Assembly: GCA_036960375.1 (NCBI GenBank)
Contig: JBALVY010000001.1
Span: 576,563 to 640,562, forward strand
Origin: Pseudomonadales bacterium
GTDB taxonomy: Bacteria; Pseudomonadota; Gammaproteobacteria; Pseudomonadales; CAWVSB01
Direction: 5' to 3'
Length of the DNA: 64,000 nt
The translations under genes were made by a program, and so were the position numbers. This document shows positions 35,120-44,246 of this stretch, in pieces. The number at the start of each line of letters is the position of its first letter. Position 1 is the stretch's first letter. The notes under the pieces are model-generated. The model searched no databases and was not told where the DNA came from. It worked only from the letters and a program-made list of their open reading frames with translations.

Positions 35120-35971
35120 ATGTCTCTAGTCGTACACGCCAGCGGGCAAGCCTGCGGCGCAACCTTGACCGGGGTGAACCTGGCGGCGCCACTCAGTGAT
35201 GTCGAGATTGCCGCCATTCGCTCAGCCTGGCTGCAGCACCATGTGGTGTCGTTTCCAGGGCAAGTCATGAGCGACGATGACCTTGAACGATTTACCCGTT
35301 ATTTCGGTGATTTTGGCGACGACCCTTTTATCGCTCCAATTGCTGGCCGTGAGCATGTTATTGCGGTGCAGCGTTCGGCCCATGAGACTGCGCCAATATT
35401 TGCCGAGGCCTGGCATACCGACTGGAGTTTCCAGTCCACACCGCCAGCGGGCACCTGCCTGTACGGCATCACCATTCCACCGCAGGGTGGCGAAACCTGG
35501 TTTACCAACCAACACAAGGCGCTTACCGAAATGCCAGCGGCATTGAGGGCAAGGCTTGCGGACAAACTCGCTATTCACTCTGCCAAGGGCGCCTATGCAC
35601 CCGACGGCCTTTACGGTGTAGCAGACAAGGGTAGCGATCGCAGTATGATCATATTGCCGTCGGTCGAGGCCAATGCCACACAATTGCACCCGCTGATCCG
35701 CAATCATCCGGAAACCGGCCAGCCTGCTATATATGGCTGCTTTGGATACATTATCGGTGTGGTGGATACGGCTGACGACGAAGCGCTGGCCTTATTGGTA
35801 GATCTCTATGAGTGGCAGACCAGAGCCGAGTTTCAGTATCACCACCAATGGCAGGCGAATATGTTGATCATGTGGGATAACCGTTCGGTATTGCACCGGG
35901 CTACCGGTGGCTATGAGGGGTTTGACCGGCTGTTGCACCGGACTACCATCGGCGGGAATTTGGCCACGTAA
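35120..35971 (+). CDS. TauD/TfdA-family Fe(II)/2-oxoglutarate dioxygenase
   Basis: 283 aa. WHTD H-x-D motif, GGETWF, and C-terminal WDNRSVLHRA...RLLHRTTIGG. Confidence 0.85.
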   Translation: MSLVVHASGQACGATLTGVNLAAPLSDVEIAAIRSAWLQHHVVSFPGQVMSDDDLERFTRYFGDFGDDPFIAPIAGREHVIAVQRSAHETAPIFAEAWHTDWSFQSTPPAGTCLYGITIPPQGGETWFTNQHKALTEMPAALRARLADKLAIHSAKGAYAPDGLYGVADKGSDRSMIILPSVEANATQLHPLIRNHPETGQPAIYGCFGYIIGVVDTADDEALALLVDLYEWQTRAEFQYHHQWQANMLIMWDNRSVLHRATGGYEGFDRLLHRTTIGGNLAT

Positions 35972-36337
35972 ACGGAATTCGTTTGGAGTAAATGGGTAAT
36001 ACCCTCTTCACTGGACACCCAGTGGGATAATACCGTGGTCATTGTCGCCAGTGAGTTTGGTCGCACCGTGGCAGAAAATGGTACCCGAGGCACCGATCAC
36101 GGTACCGGCGGCGTGATGTTTCTTGCCGGTGGTGCAGTTCAGGGCGGTAAGGTGCTGGGCGAGTGGCTAGGGCTAGCGAAAGCCGATCTTTTTGATAACC
36201 GTGATTTACGCCCCACCTCCGATACACGAGAATGGATGGCAGCCACCCTGCATCAGCACTGGCAGCTAAATGAATCGCAGCTCAATGATGTATTTCCGGG
36301 TATCACTCCAAAAGAGACTCGGCTTATAAAGACTTAG
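35972..36337 (+). pseudogene. 3-prime remnant of a DUF1501-family gene (N-terminal ~three quarters missing)
   Basis: The open frame begins right after the tauD stop. From about 36005 it reads SLDTQWDNTVVIVASEFGRTVAENGTRGTDHGTGGVMFLAGGAVQGGKVLGEW..., the characteristic C-terminal block of DUF1501 proteins. Full-length members are roughly 400+ aa. No Tat signal or start context is present. Confidence 0.7.
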
Positions 36338-36390
36338 CGTTGCTAGGGCAGCAGGCCAGTATCCTGAACCCGAGTATCTTCGGGCCCAGG

Positions 36391-37161
36391 CTAGTGGCCC
36401 AGCAATGTAGAAATAGCCTTGGCGGTATCTTGCAAGTGGCCTTTGGCTGTATCCAGATTCATGTGATGTGAGCCATCCAGGTGCTCAAGAAAAGGCACTA
36501 CCAGCGACGCAACGATAGTAGATTTGCTGTCAAAAACGGGGAACCCTATATCGGTTACGCCGTGAACTTGCTGGCTTTTTAATATCTCGTAGCCTCTGGA
36601 CTCTACATCGTTGGTAATCTTTTTAAGTGCGGCAGCGCTAAGGGCTTGTTTCAAATGCTTTGGTTGTTGAGATAGCATTTTTTTGCGTTCAGCAGGAGAG
36701 TTGTAAGTTAAAAACAAATGACCTGAACAGGTATTGGTAAGCGGGACTTCCAGACCGAGTTTAACACCGAAGCGAAATTGGGAAGTGGTGTCTTGTTGGG
36801 CAATCACCAGTGCCTTGCCGCCTTCGCGTATCGCTAGGTGACACGACTGGCCAATGGTATTTACCAGCTCTTCCATTAGTGGGCCCGCAATGGCGGTCAG
36901 TTTTTTTACGGCACTGTGCTGGTGGGCGACTTCAAAGAGCTTGAGAGACATAGCATATTTTTCGGACGCAGAGTCAAATTTGATGTAACCCCTTTCATCC
37001 AGAACAACCAGCATACGGAATATCTCGCTTTTTGACCGGCCCAGTTTGTCAGCGATCTCCCTGAGACTAAGCGCGGCGGGTTCGGCGGCCATCATCTCAA
37101 GAATATCCAGCCCCTTGGTGAGAGCGGGTGCGGCGTAAGTCTGCTTTCTACTGCTGTCCAT
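36391..37161 (-). CDS. IclR-family transcriptional regulator (divergent from the fucose operon)
   Basis: 256 aa. wHTH LTKGLDILEMMAAEPAALSLREIADKLGRSKSEIFRMLVVL followed by an effector domain. Confidence 0.9.
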   Translation of the reverse strand: MDSSRKQTYAAPALTKGLDILEMMAAEPAALSLREIADKLGRSKSEIFRMLVVLDERGYIKFDSASEKYAMSLKLFEVAHQHSAVKKLTAIAGPLMEELVNTIGQSCHLAIREGGKALVIAQQDTTSQFRFGVKLGLEVPLTNTCSGHLFLTYNSPAERKKMLSQQPKHLKQALSAAALKKITNDVESRGYEILKSQQVHGVTDIGFPVFDSKSTIVASLVVPFLEHLDGSHHMNLDTAKGHLQDTAKAISTLLGH

Positions 37162-37382
37162 TTTTTCCCCTGGATGATTCTAAGTACTTTAATAAAAACA
37201 ATGCGTTACTTATTTTTATTGGCGAAATAAGGGTCCCGGCGAGGGTGATTTCACTGTCCTTCTTGGTGCCGTATCTTACATTATTTAAAATATGGCTTCA
37301 TATTTAAAGCAGAAATGCCTTGACTCCTTCCTTGTAAGTTTTATATTTACAGCTTCATTTTATATATAATACCTAAGAAGGA

Positions 37383-38723
37383 ATGCGCACTGTTATGGCG
37401 GCCTCGAACAAGATTATTTCTCTGAAAACGGTTGATGTCAGATTTCCCACCTCAGAAAGCCTCGATGGGTCGGATGCCATTAACAAGGACCCGGATTATT
37501 CGGCTGCCTACGTCATTTTGGAGACAGAGCAAGGAAACACCGGTTACGGCCTCGTATTTACCATTGGTCGCGGTAATGATATTTGCTGTCGGGCCATTGA
37601 AAGCATGCAGCATCTGGTGCTTGGTCATGATCTTGAGGAGATCAAGGCCGATATGTTCTCCTTCTACGATCAATTGCGTTCAGACAGCCAGTTGCGCTGG
37701 TTGGGGCCAGAAAAAGGCGTCGTGCATATGGCGGCGGGTGCCATCGTTAACGCCGTGTGGGATATGTGGGCCCGCGATGCGGGCAAGCCAATCTGGCGGC
37801 TGCTTAGCGATATGTCACCAGAGCAATTTGTCGATTGCCTGGACTTCCGTTATATCACCGATGTGTTGACCAAAGAAGAAGCGCTTGCAATGGTCAAGGG
37901 TAAAGAGTCGACCAAGTCGGAGCGCATCAGCTATTTAGAAAACAATGGTTACCCGTCCTATACGACTTCTGCAGGTTGGTTAGGTTACAGCGACGAGAAA
38001 CTGGCGCGCCTGTGCCAAGAAGCTTTGGACCAGGGCTTCAAACATTTGAAGCTGAAAGTTGGTGTCAGTGTAGAAGATGATAAGCGTCGTTGTTCTATCG
38101 CCCGTGAAGTGATTGGCGATGATGTGAAATTAATGATAGATGCCAATCAAATTTGGGAAGTAGACCAGGCAATTGAGTGGGTAAATGAGCTAGCGCCATT
38201 AAAGCCGTGGTTTATCGAAGAACCCACCAGTCCGGATGATATTTTTGGGCACAAAAAGATTAAGGACAATATTGGCGATATTAAAGTTGCCACCGGCGAG
38301 CACTGTCAAAACCGCATAATATTCAAACAGTTCATCGCTAACGATGCCCTTGATGTGGTGCAAATTGACAGCTGCCGGCTTGCCAGTATTAACGAAATTC
38401 TTGTGGTGTATTTAATGGCCGCCAAATATGGCAAGCCTGTTTGTCCCCATGCAGGCGGTGTGGGGCTGTGTGAGTACGTACAGCATCTTTCGATGATTGA
38501 CTATGTGCGTATATCAGCTGACCTTGCTGACCGCGTGGTCGAGTTTGTTGACCACCTGCACGAGCATTTTGAAGACCCTTGTATCATAGAAGGCGGAGCC
38601 TACAAAGCGCCGTCCATGCCGGGTTACAGTATTAAGATGTTTGATGAAACGCTTGAGCAGTATCGCTATCCTGACGGCAGTGAATGGGTAAAGCGATTGA
38701 GTAAGCTGGGAGAGGCGAGTTAA
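37383..38723 (+). CDS. fucD: L-fuconate dehydratase (enolase superfamily)
   Basis: 446 aa. It is near-collinear with the Xanthomonas FucD sequence as I recall it: DVRFPTS..LDGSDA.N.DPDYSAAYV, GYGLVFTIGRGND, SQLRWLGPEKGV.HMA, WLGYSDEKL, IEEPTSPDD, TGEH.QNR..FKQ, PHAGGVGLCE.VQHL. The start may be ATG 37395. Confidence 0.9.
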   Translation: MRTVMAASNKIISLKTVDVRFPTSESLDGSDAINKDPDYSAAYVILETEQGNTGYGLVFTIGRGNDICCRAIESMQHLVLGHDLEEIKADMFSFYDQLRSDSQLRWLGPEKGVVHMAAGAIVNAVWDMWARDAGKPIWRLLSDMSPEQFVDCLDFRYITDVLTKEEALAMVKGKESTKSERISYLENNGYPSYTTSAGWLGYSDEKLARLCQEALDQGFKHLKLKVGVSVEDDKRRCSIAREVIGDDVKLMIDANQIWEVDQAIEWVNELAPLKPWFIEEPTSPDDIFGHKKIKDNIGDIKVATGEHCQNRIIFKQFIANDALDVVQIDSCRLASINEILVVYLMAAKYGKPVCPHAGGVGLCEYVQHLSMIDYVRISADLADRVVEFVDHLHEHFEDPCIIEGGAYKAPSMPGYSIKMFDETLEQYRYPDGSEWVKRLSKLGEAS

Positions 38724-38726
38724 ATA

Positions 38727-39836
38727 ATGGTAAAGCCAGATTATTACAATACGAACTACCCCCATGTTCCAGATCTTAAGAGGCGCGCAAAGGCGCGCAT
38801 GCCAAAATTTGCCTTCGAAAAACGTCAAATCGGCAATACCGAGCTTAGCGTGCCGGTATTGGGCTTCGGCGCTGCCTCAATGGGCAATCTGTATCACGCG
38901 GTGGCGGACGAAGAGGCGCAAAAAGCCTTGTCAGCGGCGCTAAATGCTGGAATGGGATTGTTTGATACAGCGCCTCACTATGGCCTGGGTTTAAGTGAGC
39001 GTCGCGTGGGTGACGCACTACGCTCAGTTGCAAGATCCGAATACGTGTTGTCTACCAAGGTGGGTCGATTATTAACCCCGGACCCGCAAGCCAAGCTTGA
39101 CGAGTTGCGCTATGGTTTTTTAAGCCCAATGCCCTTTGATGAACACTACGACTATACCTACGACGGTATTATGCGGTCTTACGAAGACAGCGTGCAGCGT
39201 CTTGGCTTGTCTGAGATTGATATACTTCTGGTTCATGATATCGGTGTCGATACCCACGGTGATCAAAATGAACTCTACTATAAGCAGCTTGTATCTAGCG
39301 GCTATAGAGCGCTGGATCAATTACGATCGGCTGGCCAAATAAAGGCCATAGGTCTGGGTGTCAATGAGACGGAAATTTGCGAGCGGGTGATGGAGTTTGG
39401 CCAGTTCGATTGCTTCTTATTAGCGGGTCGCTATTCATTGCTCGAACAAGATGCTCTGCATACCTTTTTGCCAAAATGCCTGGACCACGGTGCCTCGATA
39501 ATTTTGGGCGGACCCTATAATTCCGGTATTTTGGCGACGGGTGTAAAAGGCCCATGTGTTCCCACTTATAACTATGTGCCAGCACCGCAGACAATTATTG
39601 ATCGTGTCGCGCGTATCGAAGATATCTGCTCGGCCCATGGCGTGACCTTGGCGGCTGCCGCACTTCAATTCCCATTAGGACACTCGGCGGTAGCCTCCGT
39701 CATCCCCGGTTTGGGTAGTGCGGGTCGGGTCGAAAAAACCATCGAGCTGTTCAATGAAGTGATTCCACACAGTTTTTGGCAGGACTTGCAGGGCAAAGGT
39801 TTGCTTAGCGAAGCGGCTCCAATTCCCGGCGCATAA
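38727..39836 (+). CDS. Aldo/keto reductase, probable L-fucose (D-threo-aldose) 1-dehydrogenase
   Basis: AKR motifs LGFGAASMGNLY and FDTAPHYGLGLSERRVG. It lies in the fucose operon. An alternative start at ATG 38799 (MPKFAFEKRQIG...) would give a more typical length. Confidence 0.8.
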   Translation: MVKPDYYNTNYPHVPDLKRRAKARMPKFAFEKRQIGNTELSVPVLGFGAASMGNLYHAVADEEAQKALSAALNAGMGLFDTAPHYGLGLSERRVGDALRSVARSEYVLSTKVGRLLTPDPQAKLDELRYGFLSPMPFDEHYDYTYDGIMRSYEDSVQRLGLSEIDILLVHDIGVDTHGDQNELYYKQLVSSGYRALDQLRSAGQIKAIGLGVNETEICERVMEFGQFDCFLLAGRYSLLEQDALHTFLPKCLDHGASIILGGPYNSGILATGVKGPCVPTYNYVPAPQTIIDRVARIEDICSAHGVTLAAAALQFPLGHSAVASVIPGLGSAGRVEKTIELFNEVIPHSFWQDLQGKGLLSEAAPIPGA

Positions 39837-39882
39837 AATGCCGGGTGTATTTATCACCGCACAGTAATCAGGAAATAGCTTT

Positions 39883-40656
39883 ATGACTGAACAAGTACAA
39901 AAGACCGCGGTAATTACCGGTGGTGGTAGCGGCATCGGCTATGCCATTAGCCTGCATTTGGCGCGCAAAAACATCAAAGTGATGGTGTTGGATATCGACG
40001 GTAGTGCGGCGGCGGCAACGGCGGCAGATATTGAAGCCGAAGGCGGCGCAGCCGAGGCCTATATTGCCGATGTATCAAGTGGGCAGCAGATGCACGATAT
40101 CTTCAAAAAAATTAGCAGCAAGCACAACATCGACATTTTGGTTAATAATGCAGGCATTGCCCACATAGGCAGTATTGATGCCGTGCAAGAAGAGGACTTG
40201 GATCGCCTCTATAACATCAATGTTAAAGGGACCTTTAACGGCATGGCAGCGGCGGTTCCCGTTATGAAAGCACAGGGACAGGGAGTGATTATCAATATGG
40301 CCTCTATTGCAGCAACCGTGGGTTTAAGCGATCGCTTCGCCTATTCCATGACCAAGGGTGCGGTCGTTGCCATGACATTGTCTGTGGCCAAAGATTATAT
40401 TAATGACGGCATTCGTTGTAACTGCATTTCTCCCGGGCGAGTACATACGCCCTTTGTCGATAACTTTTTAGAGAAAAATTATCCTGACAATAAAGAAGAG
40501 ATGTTTGAGACCTTGTCAAAATCGCAACCCATTGGACGTATGGGTAAGCCGGAAGAAATTGCCGCGCTAGTGGGCTATTTATGCTCCGACGATGCATCGT
40601 TTATTACCGGCAGCAACCTGCCCATCGATGGCGGATTTGTGACGCTTAATACCTAG
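39883..40656 (+). CDS. Short-chain dehydrogenase/reductase, probable 2-keto-3-deoxy-L-fuconate dehydrogenase
   Basis: 257 aa. TGGGSGIG, NNAG and YSMTK(x3) classical SDR motifs. Assignment by operon context. Confidence 0.85.
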   Translation: MTEQVQKTAVITGGGSGIGYAISLHLARKNIKVMVLDIDGSAAAATAADIEAEGGAAEAYIADVSSGQQMHDIFKKISSKHNIDILVNNAGIAHIGSIDAVQEEDLDRLYNINVKGTFNGMAAAVPVMKAQGQGVIINMASIAATVGLSDRFAYSMTKGAVVAMTLSVAKDYINDGIRCNCISPGRVHTPFVDNFLEKNYPDNKEEMFETLSKSQPIGRMGKPEEIAALVGYLCSDDASFITGSNLPIDGGFVTLNT

Positions 40657-40678
40657 AACTTAAGAAAAGAGAAACCTG

Positions 40679-41527
40679 ATGAAACTATTACGCTATGGCC
40701 CAGAAGGGCAAGAAAAGCCCGCTCTACTCGACAAAAATGGACAAATTCGTTGTCTGGCGAAATTTCTGCCAGATATTAGCCCGGCGGCGCTGATGCCTGG
40801 GGCATTGGACCGTTTGAGAGATATAGAAACCGATAACCTGCCACTGGTTGGCTCCGACGTGCGCATTGGTGCATGTGTCAATAATATTGGTAAGTTCCTA
40901 TGCATTGGACTTAACTTCGCAGACCACGCCAAGGAAACCGGCGCGGCTATTCCTCCAGAGCCGGTTGTATTCTCAAAGTTTACGAGTGCCGTGTGTGGCC
41001 CCAATGATGACATCATTAAACCCAGAGGCAGCACCAAACTGGATTGGGAAGTAGAGCTTGCCATGGTTATTGGCAAGAAGGTGTCCTATGCCGACGAAGC
41101 CGAAGCGGCAGAAGCCATTGCGGGTTACTTTGTTTGTAACGACGTATCTGAGCGAGAGTTTCAGATAGAGCGTTCTGGTCAATGGGATTTGGGCAAGGGC
41201 TGCGATACCTTCGGCCCTATTGGACCTTATCTGGTCACCGCAGATGACGTAGAAGACGTGAACAATTTGGGTATGTGGTTAGAGGTGAACGGTAAGCGCT
41301 ATCAGGATGGCAGCACCAAAACCATGATTTTTAAAACCGCCGAAATTGTCAGTTTTCTCAGTCAGTATATGACGCTACACCCCGGTGATGTGATCACCAC
41401 GGGCACCCCGCCCGGCGTGGGCCTGGGTCAAATTCCGCCTGTCTATTTAAACGTAGGCGATGTGATTGAGCTGGGGATTGAAGGTCTGGGTCGTCAGAAA
41501 CAGCGTGTTGTTTCGGCGCCTACTTAA
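40679..41527 (+). CDS. Fumarylacetoacetate-hydrolase-family protein, probable 2,4-diketo-3-deoxy-L-fuconate hydrolase
   Basis: 282 aa. FAH-domain features (LDWEVELAMVIGK, GTPPGVG). Assignment by operon context. Confidence 0.85.
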   Translation: MKLLRYGPEGQEKPALLDKNGQIRCLAKFLPDISPAALMPGALDRLRDIETDNLPLVGSDVRIGACVNNIGKFLCIGLNFADHAKETGAAIPPEPVVFSKFTSAVCGPNDDIIKPRGSTKLDWEVELAMVIGKKVSYADEAEAAEAIAGYFVCNDVSEREFQIERSGQWDLGKGCDTFGPIGPYLVTADDVEDVNNLGMWLEVNGKRYQDGSTKTMIFKTAEIVSFLSQYMTLHPGDVITTGTPPGVGLGQIPPVYLNVGDVIELGIEGLGRQKQRVVSAPT

Positions 41528-41612
41528 AGAGTAGGCGAACAGGGGCGGGCATTCAGCAATCAGGTGGATTCCTAAAAAAATAAAACAGCTAAACAGCGGG
41601 AATGATAAGGTC

Positions 41613-42944
41613 ATGAATACAAGTAGCGGCAGTACATCGGTCACAGGCAAGATGGAAGAAAGTAAAATTCGGGTTATTGGCAAAGGCATGCTTGTGCCCT
41701 TTATTCTGGTCACGACGCTTTTTGCTCTTTGGGGTTTTGCCAACGATGTGACCAACCCGCTGGTACGCGTATTTAAAGAGATTTTTCAAATATCGAATGC
41801 ACAAAGTAGTTTGGTACAGTTTGCCTTCTATTTTGGCTATTTCACCATGGCGCTACCGGCAGCGCTACTGATACAAAAATATTCGTATAAAACCGGCATA
41901 TTAATCGGCCTCGCTCTTTATGCTCTGGGTGCATTTTTAACGATTCCCGCCGCCGGCATGATGAATTTTTGGCTCTTTATTCTGTCTCTCTATATTTTGA
42001 CCTTCGGTTTGGCTTTTCTGGAAACCACCGCCAACCCCTATATTCTTTCTATGGGTCCACCTGAAACCGCAACACGGCGATTGAATTTGGCCCAGGCCTT
42101 TAATCCGGTAGGGTCCTTGACCGGCATGTTTGTTGCTACCTCCTATATTATGGGTCAAATAAGGGTCTTTAAGCTGGAAGACGCGGCGCAATTTGCGGCT
42201 GAAAATCCTGTTGGCTTCGAGGCGATGCAGCTGGCTGACCTGGCCACGGTGCGCGGCCCCTATGTCACCATTGGCATTGTCGTATCGCTGATGTTTCTGG
42301 TTTTTTTGCTGACCAAAATACCCAATACCAAACGCACACACGAAATCAGCTTTTTACCTACAGTGAAGCGTCTACTGGCCAACAAGAATTACTACGAGGG
42401 CGTTATTGCCCAGGCCTTTTATGTTGGCGCTCAGATTATGTGTTGGACCTATATTATTCATTACGGCATCGACACTTTGGGCCTGGCGCCTGAGGTGGCC
42501 AGTAGCTATAACATAGTGGCCATGGTTATCTTTTTATGCAGTCGCTTTGTTTGTACATTTTTGATGGGCTATGTACGACCTAGCCAACTGCTGATGCTGT
42601 TGTCTCTTGCTGCTATGGCATTTACCCTGGGTGCCATTTTTATTGGCGGTATGGCAGGCCTGTATAGTTTGATCGGTATCTCTGCCTGTATGTCACTGAT
42701 GTTTCCTACTATTTATGGTCTTGCGCTTAACGGCCTTGGCGAAGACGCACGAATAGGGTCGGCAGGTTTGATTATGGCTATAGTGGGAGGGGCGCTTATG
42801 CCCATTCTGCAAGGCATGATGATTGATAGTGGTTCTATTATCGGTGATATTCATGCGGTCAAAACCTCGTTCTTTTTACCCTTTATCTGTTTTGTAGTGG
42901 TGGCAGTCTACGGTTTTCGCTCGGGTAAGCGTGAAAGCCCTTAA
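41613..42944 (+). CDS. fucP: L-fucose:H+ symporter-type MFS permease
   Basis: 443 aa with 12 TM segments. FucP-like N-terminus (FILVTTLFALWGFANDVTNPLV..FKEIFQISNAQSSLVQFAFY.GYF). Confidence 0.85.
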   Translation: MNTSSGSTSVTGKMEESKIRVIGKGMLVPFILVTTLFALWGFANDVTNPLVRVFKEIFQISNAQSSLVQFAFYFGYFTMALPAALLIQKYSYKTGILIGLALYALGAFLTIPAAGMMNFWLFILSLYILTFGLAFLETTANPYILSMGPPETATRRLNLAQAFNPVGSLTGMFVATSYIMGQIRVFKLEDAAQFAAENPVGFEAMQLADLATVRGPYVTIGIVVSLMFLVFLLTKIPNTKRTHEISFLPTVKRLLANKNYYEGVIAQAFYVGAQIMCWTYIIHYGIDTLGLAPEVASSYNIVAMVIFLCSRFVCTFLMGYVRPSQLLMLLSLAAMAFTLGAIFIGGMAGLYSLIGISACMSLMFPTIYGLALNGLGEDARIGSAGLIMAIVGGALMPILQGMMIDSGSIIGDIHAVKTSFFLPFICFVVVAVYGFRSGKRESP

Positions 42945-43015
42945 TAGGCTGCGCTGCGGCTTTACCCCTACTATTTTGGGCAGGGGCTAGTTAAAGGAAA
43001 GTTAAAGGAATTCAA

Positions 43016-43390
43016 ATGAACGACACAAGGCGGCAGTGCTTTGCACTTGATCTGGTAGATGACGCCGATCTTATTGCTGAGTATGAGCGCTATCATAAGC
43101 CGGATAAAATTTGGCCAGCAATTACCGCCAGCATTCGCAAGGCCGGCATTGTCGATATGGAAATCTACCGAGTTGGCGACCGCCTGTTTATGATTATGGA
43201 AGTGACGCCAGAATTTGATCCGGCGGCCAAGACAATATCAGACAGTAATGATCCGGATGTGATTGCCTGGGAAAAACTGATGTGGAGATTTCAACAGCCT
43301 CTACCCTCAGCTGAAGAAGGCGAAAAATGGTTGCAGATGAAACGGATTTTTAGCCTCACTGAAACGCCTGATGATGTTTCAGGTGGATAG
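43016..43390 (+). CDS. L-rhamnose/L-fucose mutarotase family protein (RhaM-like)
   Basis: 124 aa. FALDLVDDADLIAEYERYHKPDKIWPAITASIRKAGIVDMEIYRVGDRLFMIMEV is typical of the RhaM/DUF718 family. Confidence 0.8.
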   Translation: MNDTRRQCFALDLVDDADLIAEYERYHKPDKIWPAITASIRKAGIVDMEIYRVGDRLFMIMEVTPEFDPAAKTISDSNDPDVIAWEKLMWRFQQPLPSAEEGEKWLQMKRIFSLTETPDDVSGG

Positions 43391-43421
43391 AGAGATAAAT
43401 AGGGAGATAAAGGACGGCGCT

Positions 43422-44246
43422 ATGCGTATCGACAGCCATCAACATTTTTGGCAATTGCAGCGGGGCGATTACGGCTGGCTGGATGAATCACTGGGCGTGT
43501 TATACCGAGACTATCAGCCTACGGAACTTGCCGAGCACTTGGCTGCCGGTTCTATCAGTAAATCGATTGTGGTGCAGGCGGCAGCGACCGTTGAAGAGTC
43601 TAAGTACCTACTGGCATTGGCCGAAGAGTTCGATTTTATAGCCGGTGTTGTAGGCTGGATCGATATGGATGGCGACAATGCCCTGCCACAATTGGCCGGC
43701 TTGGCCGCGCACGACAAGCTCCTTGGCATTCGCCCCATGATTCAGGATATTGCTGATCCAGAGTGGATGTTACAGCCGGCGCTAGACCCGATTTTTCGTC
43801 AACTAATAGGTAGGCAGCTGTGCTTTGATGCCTTGGTTAAACCTGGCCAGTTGGACAATCTAACTGTATTAATGCGGCGTTATCCAGATTTGAGGGTGGT
43901 GATTGACCACGCCGCCAAGCCCAATATTGCAGAGGGCGAATTTGAGCCATGGGCTGGCAAGATGCAAACCATTGCCTCTGAAACACAGGCCTACTGCAAA
44001 CTGTCGGGGCTGCTCACCGAAGCGGCCGATGGCGCAACAATGAGCGACCTGCAGCCCTATATGCAACACCTGCTGGAGTGTTTTGGCGCAGAACGTTTGA
44101 TGTGGGGCAGCGATTGGCCAGTGCTCAACTTGGCCGCTGATTATGCCGGCTGGCTAAGTATCAGCGAGCAATTCATCAGTGCTCTGTCCGAGAGTGATCA
44201 GCAGGCCATCATGGGGCACACGGCAGCGCAGTTTTATCAGCTGTGA
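43422..44246 (+). CDS. Amidohydrolase-2 family protein, probable L-fucono-1,5-lactonase
   Basis: 274 aa from ATG 43422. MRIDSHQHFW is a metal-binding start. DHAAKP and WGSDWPV motifs. Assignment by operon context. Confidence 0.8.
   Translation: MRIDSHQHFWQLQRGDYGWLDESLGVLYRDYQPTELAEHLAAGSISKSIVVQAAATVEESKYLLALAEEFDFIAGVVGWIDMDGDNALPQLAGLAAHDKLLGIRPMIQDIADPEWMLQPALDPIFRQLIGRQLCFDALVKPGQLDNLTVLMRRYPDLRVVIDHAAKPNIAEGEFEPWAGKMQTIASETQAYCKLSGLLTEAADGATMSDLQPYMQHLLECFGAERLMWGSDWPVLNLAADYAGWLSISEQFISALSESDQQAIMGHTAAQFYQL

Noticed and set aside
35120-36337. Possible stop-codon readthrough or fusion of tauD with the downstream DUF1501 frame (same frame, one TAA between).
   Set aside because: The tauD-like C-terminus looks complete (…LHRTTIGG…). 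The roughly 10 codons after the stop have no family similarity. The downstream part is only the tail of a secreted-protein family. A same-frame junction is a 1-in-3 coincidence.
30754-36390. Calling this region (or the whole 1-30.7 kb block) a mobile element or genomic island.
   Set aside because: The tRNA, toxin-antitoxin pair, composition shifts and a truncated gene are suggestive. However, I found no integrase, transposase, IS ends or att-type duplication of the tRNA 3-prime end in the window. It is therefore reported as a finding, not annotated as a mobile_element.
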